Of a stretch of 18,745 nt of DNA, positions 8,779-17,443 are shown one piece after another. The position numbers and the translations under genes are program-made. Position 1 is the stretch's first letter. Each line of letters begins with the position of its first letter. The notes under the pieces are model-generated. The model ran no database searches, was not told the DNA's origin, and saw only the letters and a list, made by a program, of their open reading frames with translations. The stretch covers positions 1-18,745 of the forward strand of contig JBECKX010000139.1 in NCBI GenBank assembly GCA_040235515.1. The letters run 5' to 3'. The stretch is from Candidatus Zixiibacteriota bacterium. Its GTDB lineage: Bacteria > Zixibacteria > MSB-5A5 > CAIYYT01.

Positions 8779-8930
8779 GCCTGCACACCTCCGAAGTGAA
8801 CTTTGCGATTACTTTACTTTTACTTCGTGGGTTACTGCAAATACGTGGGGCCGGAAGACAAATGGAGCATTTGACAGAAGGCCTGTAATGTCTGTGCAGT
8901 GCCCCTATTCCATTTTCTTGTATGTCAATG

Positions 8931-8958
8931 AGTATACATCATAGACCGCAATTGTCAA
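8931..8958 (-). promoter_or_regulatory. Sigma70 promoter for fibre gene D
   Basis: Minus strand TTGACA (8958-8953), 16 bp, TATACT (8936-8931); implies a 5' UTR of about 145 nt. Confidence 0.7.
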
Positions 8959-9133
8959 CGCTATTTCGCCGGCAGTAGCCACTGCCTATGCCTGTGCGTG
9001 ATCAGGCATGACGAACGATTTTCCGAGATTTTTCGATTGGCTTCCCACTCGATATTCGCTATCTCCAAACTATAAGGGAGTACTATATCCATTTATTTTA
9101 CTCCTGATTTGAAACGGAAGTAGAGGTAGTGAA

Positions 9134-9580
9134 ATGAGAAGAGTTCGTTTCTTTGCGATCGTGTTCGCGGTCGTTGCACTGACTGCGATTGTACTAATCG
9201 CCCAGTCAGCTCCGGATAGTGCTGTTCGTGACGGCGTCTTTATCCACATCACGCATGGGACGGATAGCCCACACCATGCCTTGATGGCGTTGAAGATGGC
9301 TGAACTGATGGCAGATGATCATGATGTGCTCGTCTACTGTGACATCACCGGCGTGGAGCTGGTGCTGAAGGATGCACCTGATCTCAAGTTCGAGCCGTTC
9401 GCTTCATCTCAGACTGCGCTGAAGAATCTGCTCGATAAAGGCGCCATAGTAATGGCGTGTCCCGGTTGTTTGAAAGCGGCAGGCAAATCGGAGACTGACC
9501 TGGCGCAAGGTATCAGGATCGCCGACAAGAAGAAGTTCTTCGACTTCACCAAAGGTCGGCTTTTAAGTTTCGACTATTGA
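9134..9580 (+). CDS. DsrE/DsrF-like family protein with N-terminal signal or anchor
   Basis: GAGG RBS; hydrophobic N-terminus; IHITHG...ALMAL..A, VLVYCDITGVEL, GAIVMACPGCL typical of the DsrE fold. Confidence 0.75.
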   Translation: MRRVRFFAIVFAVVALTAIVLIAQSAPDSAVRDGVFIHITHGTDSPHHALMALKMAELMADDHDVLVYCDITGVELVLKDAPDLKFEPFASSQTALKNLLDKGAIVMACPGCLKAAGKSETDLAQGIRIADKKKFFDFTKGRLLSFDY

Positions 9581-9681
9581 GCGCTGTCGTCTCAGCTCTG
9601 CGCTGCCGCCAGGTAATAACCACCGCTCAGCACGATTTCCATCGTATCATATTCGGCCAATTCCCGCGGAGGCAAGACCGA

Positions 9682-9885
9682 ATGAAACTGATACGATACT
9701 TTAATGAGCGTGTAAGAACGCTCTCGATATTCGACATCAAACTGGCGCAGGGCGCCGCAATGGGTGTAGCGCTGATCATTGTCAAACTCTTTCCGCAGTT
9801 GACACAGATCGACATGGTGTGGGTCGTTGTCGCTGTCGTAATCCTCGGCGCAAGACCAACCTATGCATTCTACCTTAAGAAGTAG
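9682..9885 (+). CDS. Small membrane protein, 67 aa, two predicted TM helices
   Basis: GGAGG at 9668-9672 precedes ATG 9682 (MKLIRYFNERVRTLSIFDIKL...). The ORF-track start at 9577 is probably over-extended. Confidence 0.65.
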   Translation: MKLIRYFNERVRTLSIFDIKLAQGAAMGVALIIVKLFPQLTQIDMVWVVVAVVILGARPTYAFYLKK

Positions 9886-9952
9886 CCGCCGGGGCCGCGG
9901 CCCTGCAACCCATCTCCGGGCACGTTGGACAGCGCCCCACCCTTAGCAGCCA

Positions 9953-11797
9953 CTATTGCGTAATCCGCGACTCGAGTTCATCGACTCGCTTTATCAGTCT
10001 CTCTATCGTAGCCTGCTGCTGCTTCATCGCCTCCACCAGTACCGGAGTGAGCTTACTGTAGTCGACCGACTTGTAACCCTGCTTGTCTGTCAGCACCAGT
10101 TCCGGAAAGAGCTGTTCTATCTCCTGGGCGATGAAACCGATCTGGTTGCCATCCTCGAACTCCTGCTCAGGATACTCATCAATGCGCCAATGGTATCTAA
10201 CGCCTCGCAGTTTCATGACTCGTTCAAGAGCATTGTTGAGGGTAGAGACATCTGTCTTGTAGCGCTCGTCCGAACAGGCACCGATTGAACCGGTATAGCA
10301 GATATCTCCATTTACGTGAAGTGCAGTTGAAGGCGAATTCGTATTGATCCCCACACCGCCAGCAGCTCGGACTAAGAATTGGTCCGATGCAGTGGATGAA
10401 AAGTCGGCATCAGTATGGTCCGCCCAGACAAAACAGCCGGCAGAATTGGCTTTGGCGCGCCTCCCCGCAGCCAGGGAGTAGATTCCCTCCGCCTCATTCA
10501 GTTGGCCACCGGGAACCGTTGCGTAGTTTGCGCCGGCCAGGTTCTGGTCTCCCCCTCCAACTGTCGCTGTTTCACCATCAGCCGTGTTGTCGAGGCCTCC
10601 TGCAATCGTGGCGCCATTGGCAAATGCGGATACGGCGTTGCCATTACCACCTCCAATGGTAGCGTCGAGCAGAGTTCCGTTAACCGTATTGTTCCTCCCG
10701 CCGGAGATCGTGCTGCCGGCGGTTGCCAATGCCAGCACATTGTCTGTACCGCCTCCGATTGTCCCTGCGACCGCCTCTATGGAGTTATCACGTCCGCCTG
10801 CGATTGTGCTGTATGGGGCAAACGAGCCGACGAAATTCGATTGTCCCCCTCCCACGGTGGCCTCATCCGCATTTATCTCGTTCAACCCTCCCCCGCCCAC
10901 TGTTGAACGATTACCGTCAGCCGAATTGAAGGTTCCGCCTGAAACCGTGCTATAGTCACCATCAGCAGCGTTGAATGAGCCGCCAGAGATTGTGGAGACA
11001 ACACCGATGGCGGCGTTCGAGAAACCTCCCGATATCGTAGCGGAATCGCCGGCGGCGATGTTGTTGAATCCTAATACATTTGCATTCACGCCTGAGTTGC
11101 TGGCGCTCTGGCCAACTGAGATCGTATTGATGGCGCGAATATCGCCGTTCGGTCTGATCTCCGCAGTGGTGTCCGCTTCGGTAGCACCAAAGAGAGTCAA
11201 GCCATCACGATTCAACTCCGCGATCTTACTACCCACGGCACGGCCATTCGCCTTGCTGTCCTCCGGTTCGATAATTGAGACAGCGGCGACATCATTGTTG
11301 TCAACAGTGACGATTAACTGTGGATTGCCGTTGTTGTTGAGCACAACGATACCGTTACCGAGTGAATCAAAATCACTGGGGCTGATCACCAGTGGTCCCT
11401 CGATTACACCCGAGGTTGCACCATCAAGCGTGCTGACGTGGTGTGCATAGGGCACCGATACCAGGCGACTGCGTGGAACGATATCATCACCACCGACACT
11501 GATCTGGAGATAGCGCACTGAATCTGCGAATAGATCAGCCGTGACGGGAGTCGTGCTCCCGAGGATTACGTTGAATGCCCCATTGTCGACGGCAACAGCT
11601 CCGTGCGTCTCGGTCCAGAGTTGGGTGCCGCCACTTTCGGCGTCCCAGATGCTGAAGACTACGCTGACCGTCCCGGTTAGTGGGTCTCCCATGCTATCGG
11701 CGAGATAGCCCTGGTAGCTGATCAGAGTCGGCGCGGTGGCATATAGCCCGCCGGTCAGTAAAAGCAGGATTGCGGTAATGGTTAGCAGAGTTCTCAC
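9953..11797 (-). CDS. Secreted fibre protein C with C-terminal peptidase S74 intramolecular chaperone
   Basis: GTG start with GGAGG; signal peptide; ISYQG domain; long run of GGxxN repeats; SDERYK...LRGVRYHW...GFIAQE...VDYSKLTPVLVEA followed by a coiled coil. Confidence 0.85.
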   Translation of the reverse strand: MRTLLTITAILLLLTGGLYATAPTLISYQGYLADSMGDPLTGTVSVVFSIWDAESGGTQLWTETHGAVAVDNGAFNVILGSTTPVTADLFADSVRYLQISVGGDDIVPRSRLVSVPYAHHVSTLDGATSGVIEGPLVISPSDFDSLGNGIVVLNNNGNPQLIVTVDNNDVAAVSIIEPEDSKANGRAVGSKIAELNRDGLTLFGATEADTTAEIRPNGDIRAINTISVGQSASNSGVNANVLGFNNIAAGDSATISGGFSNAAIGVVSTISGGSFNAADGDYSTVSGGTFNSADGNRSTVGGGGLNEINADEATVGGGQSNFVGSFAPYSTIAGGRDNSIEAVAGTIGGGTDNVLALATAGSTISGGRNNTVNGTLLDATIGGGNGNAVSAFANGATIAGGLDNTADGETATVGGGDQNLAGANYATVPGGQLNEAEGIYSLAAGRRAKANSAGCFVWADHTDADFSSTASDQFLVRAAGGVGINTNSPSTALHVNGDICYTGSIGACSDERYKTDVSTLNNALERVMKLRGVRYHWRIDEYPEQEFEDGNQIGFIAQEIEQLFPELVLTDKQGYKSVDYSKLTPVLVEAMKQQQATIERLIKRVDELESRITQ

Positions 11798-11831
11798 TGA
11801 TGCCCTCCGACGATGTAGTATTGAAGATTTA

Positions 11832-13259
11832 TCATCTGCTTGCTTGCGTTTGATCAGAGAGCAGCGACTCCAATAGCTCCTTAATCTCGCTCAGCTCTGA
11901 TTTCATGCTGTCGTTTTCTTTCTTGAGGTCCTTTATCGCCTCTACCAGCGCCGGGGTAAGACGACCATAGTCCACCGACTTGTAGCCCTGCTTATCCGTC
12001 ATTACAACCTCGGGAAACAGCGGTTCGATTTCCTGCGCAATGAAACCGATCTGGTTGCCTTCCTCAAACCCTTTATCAGGGAAGTCATCAATCCGCCAGC
12101 GGTAGTTGACGCCTCGCAGCTTCATGACTCGTTCCAGGGCGTTGTTGAGTGTAGAGATATCTGTCTTATAACGCTCATCTGAACAGGCACCGATAGTACC
12201 GGTGTAGCAGATGTTACCACCTACATGAAGTTTCTCGGACGGAGATAATGTGCTTATCCCGACGGCTCCTGACGTGGTGATCAGGAAATCCTTGTTGGCC
12301 GTTTGCGACTCAAGTTGGAGTGCGGTACTTGACCCGGAACTGTATTGCTTGAATGCCCAGTGTCGTTCCATTTCCAGATAGAGGATAACATTTCCGCTGC
12401 CCTCCTCCGATTTGATGTGCATTGCCCCATTCGGAGAGGCTGTGTTGATTCCGACACCACCGCCCGCTCTTACCAGGAATTGGTTCGGTCCTGTCGCGTT
12501 GAAGCTCGCATCGGTAGAATCTCCCCAGACAAAACAACCCGCGAAAGTTGCAAATGCCTTTCTGCCGGCTGTGAGTGAGTAGTTTCCACCTGCAATGTTG
12601 CCTCTGCCACCGGGGACGCATGCCCAGGGAGCGAGCGCGCTGTTATCCTCACCACCGCCCACTGTCGCAAAGCTTTGCGATGCGCTGTTACCAAATCCGC
12701 CACCGATAATCGCGTGATCTCCGCTAACCTCACTGTTTTCACCCCCACCAATGCTTGAGTGACTACCTGCGTTGATATTGCCAGCTCCCACTACGAAGCC
12801 GTTAAGGCCGCTGTTATCATTGGAACCTGCTCCAACTGTCAGATTGTTATGTATCAATCCACCGAATGCTTTGTCTACGGAATAGGTCTTATAGGCGTAG
12901 GGAGAACTCATTAGTAGCGTCCTCGGAGTGATCTCCGGATCAGATTCAACCTGAATGCCCAGATATCGATTTCCGAAGTTTTCAAAAATAGCGAATGGGA
13001 GGTAGTAGCCATCCTCCCCGAGGGCTGCACTGAAAAAGCCGTTTTCGGTGGTCACCAGTTCTATCTCGCTCCATATGTTGGTGCCCCCAACTTTAGCGTC
13101 ATAAATCGTGAATGTCACAGTGTAGGTCCCGTCAGGCAGGGGATCCCCCGCAGCGTCGGTGAGGAGTCCCTGGAAACTGATGTGCGGATAATCTGCGGCA
13201 GATGCCAGGCTGCATGCGATAAAGAACAGTAGAGTTAGTGTGACTATGATGTTACGCAC
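11832..13259 (-). CDS. Secreted fibre protein B with S74 chaperone
   Basis: Better start is GTG 13259 (GGAGG 8 nt upstream; MRNIIVTLTLLFFIACSLASA); ISFQG domain; shorter repeat region; SDERYK S74 domain and coiled coil. Confidence 0.85.
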   Translation of the reverse strand: MRNIIVTLTLLFFIACSLASAADYPHISFQGLLTDAAGDPLPDGTYTVTFTIYDAKVGGTNIWSEIELVTTENGFFSAALGEDGYYLPFAIFENFGNRYLGIQVESDPEITPRTLLMSSPYAYKTYSVDKAFGGLIHNNLTVGAGSNDNSGLNGFVVGAGNINAGSHSSIGGGENSEVSGDHAIIGGGFGNSASQSFATVGGGEDNSALAPWACVPGGRGNIAGGNYSLTAGRKAFATFAGCFVWGDSTDASFNATGPNQFLVRAGGGVGINTASPNGAMHIKSEEGSGNVILYLEMERHWAFKQYSSGSSTALQLESQTANKDFLITTSGAVGISTLSPSEKLHVGGNICYTGTIGACSDERYKTDISTLNNALERVMKLRGVNYRWRIDDFPDKGFEEGNQIGFIAQEIEPLFPEVVMTDKQGYKSVDYGRLTPALVEAIKDLKKENDSMKSELSEIKELLESLLSDQTQASR

Positions 13260-13316
13260 TTTCGGTACCTCCAAGAATTACCGGGATAATGAGCAGGGGG
13301 TTATCCTCGCTGAGGA

Positions 13317-15152
13317 TTATCTTCCCGTGACGATGATCATGAAGTCGTTGTCGACTGCTGAGTAGCTTCCATTCGTGATGTATAACTCGATCGTATCATC
13401 CGTTCCGGTGATGTTCACCGACACCAGCCTGGCAGCGGATGCACTGGTCGGATGGCTGTCGATCTCCGGGGTAGCAGTGACACAAACTTTAGTGGGGGAT
13501 GAATCCATCACTATGGTGTAGTTGCCGGCGGAGTTCCTGGTGACAGACTCTATTCCGAACTCATCCTGAATGACTCCCGCGCCGTTGACAATTGCCCAGG
13601 CGACGATACTGTTATCTTTGTAGCGTTCACCGATGCCGATAGTTTTGGATTCGCCGGCTTGCCTTATTATGTTCACCCCATTCGTAGCACTGATAGTAAA
13701 CTGATTGTCAGCGGTCGAACTCGTTCCCGCAGATCCATCGCCCCATACGAAGGAGAAGTCGTGATTAGCGGTTGCGTTATTGCCGGCTGCAAATGAAACG
13801 AGCCCGTTGGCCTTGTTGGATAATCCGCCGGGCACGGTAGCATAAGAGGTAGTAGCCTTATTCGTGTATCCGCCACTCACCGTCGAGTAGTTACCATTTG
13901 CCGAGTCTTGTACTCCCCCTCCCACGGTTGCTCCCGTGGCACTGGCATAGTTGTTTGTGCCACCCGCAAGAGTTGTCGAGGTTCCGGTTGCATCATTGCT
14001 ACTCCCGCCACCAACGAAGCTGGCCGAGCCGCTTGCGGTGTTCGAGCTACCGCCCGCAACGGTACTCCCGCCAGCACCTGAAGCGGTATTGAAGTAACCT
14101 CCTCCAACAACCCCACCGCTCGATGAGACTACATTGCTCTGTCCACCGCCTATTGATCCAAACAGCTGCGAGACCATGTTTGCCTCACCTCCGGCAATTA
14201 CTCCCCAAGTTCCTGATGCGCCAACGCCGTTGCTGCTCCCCCCACCTATAACAGATAGATTTGTCGCGGCGCCGTTGGATGATCCACCTCCAACTACGGC
14301 ACCTCCTCCGCTTGCAGTGTTTCCAGCACCCCCTGAGATAGTTGCCACATTCCCACTAGCAGTATTTCCATATCCACCTGACACTGTCGCCGAGTCGCCA
14401 TCTGCTGAGTTGTTGAATCCAATCACATTGGCAAAATCACCGGGGTTAGTGTTGTTCTCACCAACCGAGATAGTCTTTCTTGCGTTGATACTGCCATCAG
14501 GACGAACTTCAGCCGTAGTATCCGCCTCAGTCGCACCAAAGAGGGTCAAGCCGTCGCGATTCAGCTCGGCTATCTTGCTACCCACCGCACGGCCATTGGC
14601 TTTGCTGTCCTCCGGTTCGATGATTGAGACAGAGGCCACATCATCGCTGCCGATAGTAACTATCAACTGTGGGTTGCCGTTGTTGTTCAGCACAACGATA
14701 CCATTACCGAGCGAATCGAAGTCACTCGGGCTGATCACCAGCGGTCCCTCGATTACACCTGCGCTGGCGCCGTCAAGCGTGCTGACATGATGCGCATACG
14801 GCACCGACACGAGGCGACTGCGCGGAGTGATGACATCCCCTCCGACACTGATCTGTAGATAGCGCACTGAATCGGCGAAGAGATCAGCCGTGACAGGAGT
14901 TGTACTTCCGAGGATTACATTGAATGCGCCAGCATCGACAGCAACTGTGGCGTGCGTTTCAGTCCAAAGTTGCGTGCCGCCACTCTCGGCGTCCCAGATG
15001 CTGAAGGCAATACTGAAGCTGCCGGTCAATGGGTCACCCATATCATCAGCGAGGTAGCCCTGGTAACTGATCAACGTGGGGGCCGAGGCAAATGCCGCTG
15101 AAGTGAGCAACAGCAAGAGAGCCAGAGTGGGCAGAAAAATTCGCATACGCAT
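13317..15152 (-). CDS. Secreted fibre protein A (no S74; distinct C-terminal tip)
   Basis: AGGAGG RBS (ATG 15146 has better spacing than 15152); ISYQG domain; many GGxxN repeats; C-terminal AWAIVNG...ESVTRNSAGNYTI...FMIIVTGR resembling tail-fibre tip modules. Confidence 0.8.
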   Translation of the reverse strand: MRMRIFLPTLALLLLLTSAAFASAPTLISYQGYLADDMGDPLTGSFSIAFSIWDAESGGTQLWTETHATVAVDAGAFNVILGSTTPVTADLFADSVRYLQISVGGDVITPRSRLVSVPYAHHVSTLDGASAGVIEGPLVISPSDFDSLGNGIVVLNNNGNPQLIVTIGSDDVASVSIIEPEDSKANGRAVGSKIAELNRDGLTLFGATEADTTAEVRPDGSINARKTISVGENNTNPGDFANVIGFNNSADGDSATVSGGYGNTASGNVATISGGAGNTASGGGAVVGGGSSNGAATNLSVIGGGSSNGVGASGTWGVIAGGEANMVSQLFGSIGGGQSNVVSSSGGVVGGGYFNTASGAGGSTVAGGSSNTASGSASFVGGGSSNDATGTSTTLAGGTNNYASATGATVGGGVQDSANGNYSTVSGGYTNKATTSYATVPGGLSNKANGLVSFAAGNNATANHDFSFVWGDGSAGTSSTADNQFTISATNGVNIIRQAGESKTIGIGERYKDNSIVAWAIVNGAGVIQDEFGIESVTRNSAGNYTIVMDSSPTKVCVTATPEIDSHPTSASAARLVSVNITGTDDTIELYITNGSYSAVDNDFMIIVTGR

Positions 15153-15307
15153 ACCCTCCTTAGGAAGCGCGGTAGAAAGAAAACGGAGTCCGAATGAGTA
15201 GGGGAGCAGACCTCTGCGCGTCGGGGGAGAAAAACCAAAGGTACAAGACGTGCGCCACCCCTATTGTCGATAATATGCCCCAATTGAGTCTATGAATTGA
15301 TACCTCC

Positions 15308-15335
15308 ATTATAGCCCCAAATCAGCCATTGTCAA
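15308..15335 (-). promoter_or_regulatory. Consensus sigma70 promoter for fibre operon A-B-C
   Basis: Minus strand TTGACA (15335-15330), 16 bp, TATAAT (15313-15308); both hexamers are perfect consensus. Confidence 0.8.
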
Positions 15336-15414
15336 CCATTTTGAGCCTGTTAAATCGGCGCACCGAGGCGGGCTGGTTCCGGCGACGGGAAGCGAAGCTC
15401 CGGCCATTTCCCCC

Positions 15415-15442
15415 TTTACTTGCCCCGATTCTTTCGTATACT
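15415..15442 (+). promoter_or_regulatory. Putative promoter of mrp
   Basis: TTTACT (15415-15420), 16 bp, TATACT (15437-15442), then a GGAGG RBS. Confidence 0.5.
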
Positions 15443-15469
15443 CTCTAGTCTACACTGGAGGTCGTGGCA

Positions 15470-16603
15470 ATGGCGAATACAGAGAGTCAACATCAGGCAA
15501 AACCCCGCGGATTATCGGGAATCAAGAATATCATCGCAGTCGCTTCCGGTAAGGGTGGCGTGGGAAAATCAACCGTTTCATCCAATCTGGCGGTTGCGCT
15601 GCGCCAGACCGGCGCAACGGTGGGTCTGATGGATGCCGATATCTACGGCCCCAGCCAGCCCGGCATGATGGGGGCACAGCGGAAACAACCCGATGTTCAG
15701 GGGGATCTGTTGGTCCCGGCCGAGAACTGGGGGGTAAAATTCGTCTCGATGGGGCTGCTGCTCGACTCCGACGGGCCGGTGATCTGGCGTGCTCCGATGG
15801 CAATGAAAATCATCCAGCAGTTCATTGGCAATGTGGATTGGGGCTACCTGGACTATCTGCTGATCGATCTGCCGCCGGGGACCGGGGATGTCCAGTTGAC
15901 ACTCGCCCAGCAGGCGCAGCTTTCCGGTGCGATAATTGTCACGACTCCGCAGCAGGTGGCCCTCGGCGTTGCTGCCAAGGGTCTTAAGATGTTCGAGCAG
16001 GTTAACGTTCCGATTGTCGGAATCATCGAGAATATGAGCGGATTCACCTGTGAACATTGCGGCAAAGTCACCGAAGTCTTCAAAGTCGGTGGGGGTGAGA
16101 AAATGGCGAAGAGCCTGGGAGTGCCATATCTTGGCGCAATCCCGCTCGATCCGGAGATTGTAGCTTCCGGCGATACCGGCAAACCGGTGCTCGCGAATGG
16201 AAACGAGTCGACGGCCGCGAAATCGTTCATGCAGGTGGCTGAGACCGTGAAGAGTAAGATTGACATGATGCGTGCCCAGACCGCCGCCAGTGAACCAGAA
16301 CAGATTGAGTTGCGCAAGACGGGTGAGATGGTTGTCACGTGGCCTGATGGGAAGGTCAGTACTTACGACCCGCGCACGCTGAGGCTCAACTGTCCGTGCG
16401 CCGCGTGCGTGAATGAGGACACCGGCAAGCGGATGATCACTGCCACTCAGGTTCCGCTCGATATCAAGGTGAAGAGCTTCGATATGGTGGGCCGCTACGC
16501 GGTGGCGATCCATTTCAGCGATGGGCACAATACAGGTTTGTATTCGTTCAAGTATTTGAGAGAGTTACCGGGAGCCGATTCGGCTTCTTCGTTTGATGTA
16601 TAA
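15470..16603 (+). CDS. mrp: Mrp/ApbC/NBP35 Fe-S cluster carrier ATPase fused to a C-terminal DUF971 (GBBH-like N) domain
   Basis: ASGKGGVGKST, DADIYGPS, VIWRAPM, DLPPGTGD, ENMS..CEHC; C-terminal WPDG...LRLNCPCAAC...VGRYAV.I.FSDGHNTGLYSFKYL. ATG 15470 has better RBS spacing than GTG 15464. Confidence 0.92.
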   Translation: MANTESQHQAKPRGLSGIKNIIAVASGKGGVGKSTVSSNLAVALRQTGATVGLMDADIYGPSQPGMMGAQRKQPDVQGDLLVPAENWGVKFVSMGLLLDSDGPVIWRAPMAMKIIQQFIGNVDWGYLDYLLIDLPPGTGDVQLTLAQQAQLSGAIIVTTPQQVALGVAAKGLKMFEQVNVPIVGIIENMSGFTCEHCGKVTEVFKVGGGEKMAKSLGVPYLGAIPLDPEIVASGDTGKPVLANGNESTAAKSFMQVAETVKSKIDMMRAQTAASEPEQIELRKTGEMVVTWPDGKVSTYDPRTLRLNCPCAACVNEDTGKRMITATQVPLDIKVKSFDMVGRYAVAIHFSDGHNTGLYSFKYLRELPGADSASSFDV

Positions 16604-16692
16604 CCGACTCTAGCCGGGTGTCTCACCCACCGGGTGGGATTCACTCGTTCTGAATAGTAACCAGCCCCACCTGAAAGGTGGGCCACCGACTC
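16603..16692. repeat. Inverted pair of GGTG-type REP-like hairpins with flanking direct repeat
   Basis: GGTGT-CTCACC-CACCG-GGTGGG (16617-16638, +) and GGTGG-CCCACC-TTTCA-GGTGGG (16666-16687, -); ACCGACTC at 16603-16610 and 16685-16692. Confidence 0.6.
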
Positions 16693-16737
16693 GCTGACCA
16701 TCGGCGAGCACGCGCGTAATGAGATGAGGCATAGACC

Positions 16738-17343
16738 ATGACTGATGCAACGACCAATACTCAGGAAATCAAGATAACCGCGCAGCTTTTCCCCGATCCC
16801 GATATCTGTATCTTCCGCGTCGATCGGCCGGTCTTTCCGGGTGGATCATTCGACTGCAAGAATCAGGAGATGGCGGAGGGCTCACCGCTACTGGAGGCGA
16901 TCTATGCGCTCGGTGGGATCCGGGAAATCTTCATCAGCGGAGACAGCCTGACGATCGCCAAAGACTCCGATTCAGAATGGCAGGTGCTGGGCAAGGAGGT
17001 CGGCCGCATCATTCGCGAACAGATTCGTTCCGGAAAGCCGATGTTGAAGGAAGACCTCAAGCAGCCGGCACGACCCGATGAGGAAATCAAGAGGATCATC
17101 GACGAACTGTTTGCCGAGTCGATCAATCCGGCGATCTCGTCGCATGGCGGCTATGTGAAGTGCCTCGGTGTGAAGGATGGTAATGTCCATCTGGAGCTTG
17201 GGGGTGGTTGCCAGGGCTGTGCGGCCTCCTCGCAGACTCTCAAGTTTGGAATCGAGCGGGCTATTCGCGACCGCGTCCCGGAGGTCGGCGAGATCATCGA
17301 TGTTACCGACCATGGCTCCGGTGAGAATCCGTATTATAGCTGA
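16738..17343 (+). CDS. Nfu/NifU family Fe-S carrier (Nfu_N plus NifU C-terminal domain)
   Basis: N-domain SPLLEAIY...LTIAK...W; C-domain INPAISSHGG...LGGGCQGC..S..TLKFGIE...DVTDH..GENPYY. Confidence 0.9.
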   Translation: MTDATTNTQEIKITAQLFPDPDICIFRVDRPVFPGGSFDCKNQEMAEGSPLLEAIYALGGIREIFISGDSLTIAKDSDSEWQVLGKEVGRIIREQIRSGKPMLKEDLKQPARPDEEIKRIIDELFAESINPAISSHGGYVKCLGVKDGNVHLELGGGCQGCAASSQTLKFGIERAIRDRVPEVGEIIDVTDHGSGENPYYS

Positions 17344-17443
17344 GCACCACCAATCACTATGTGATTGACTGCCGCTGCTATCAAGCTATAGACTTGAGCG
17401 ACTTGGACATATCCGGGCCGCTCTTCTTTCTTAAGGGAGGACG

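Noticed and set aside
9953..15152. Diversity-generating retroelement or shufflon behind the paralogous blocks
   Set aside because: No reverse transcriptase or invertase. Differences are mostly synonymous and not adenine-specific, and both copies are coding.
5034..15152. Prophage (lysozyme plus tail-fibre domains)
   Set aside because: All these proteins have signal peptides and host-type promoters; there is no holin, capsid, terminase or integrase.
15578..16528. Long antisense ORFs (316 aa here; also 5178..5879, 14134..14790 and others)
   Set aside because: Shadow frames of well-supported genes, expected from codon bias.
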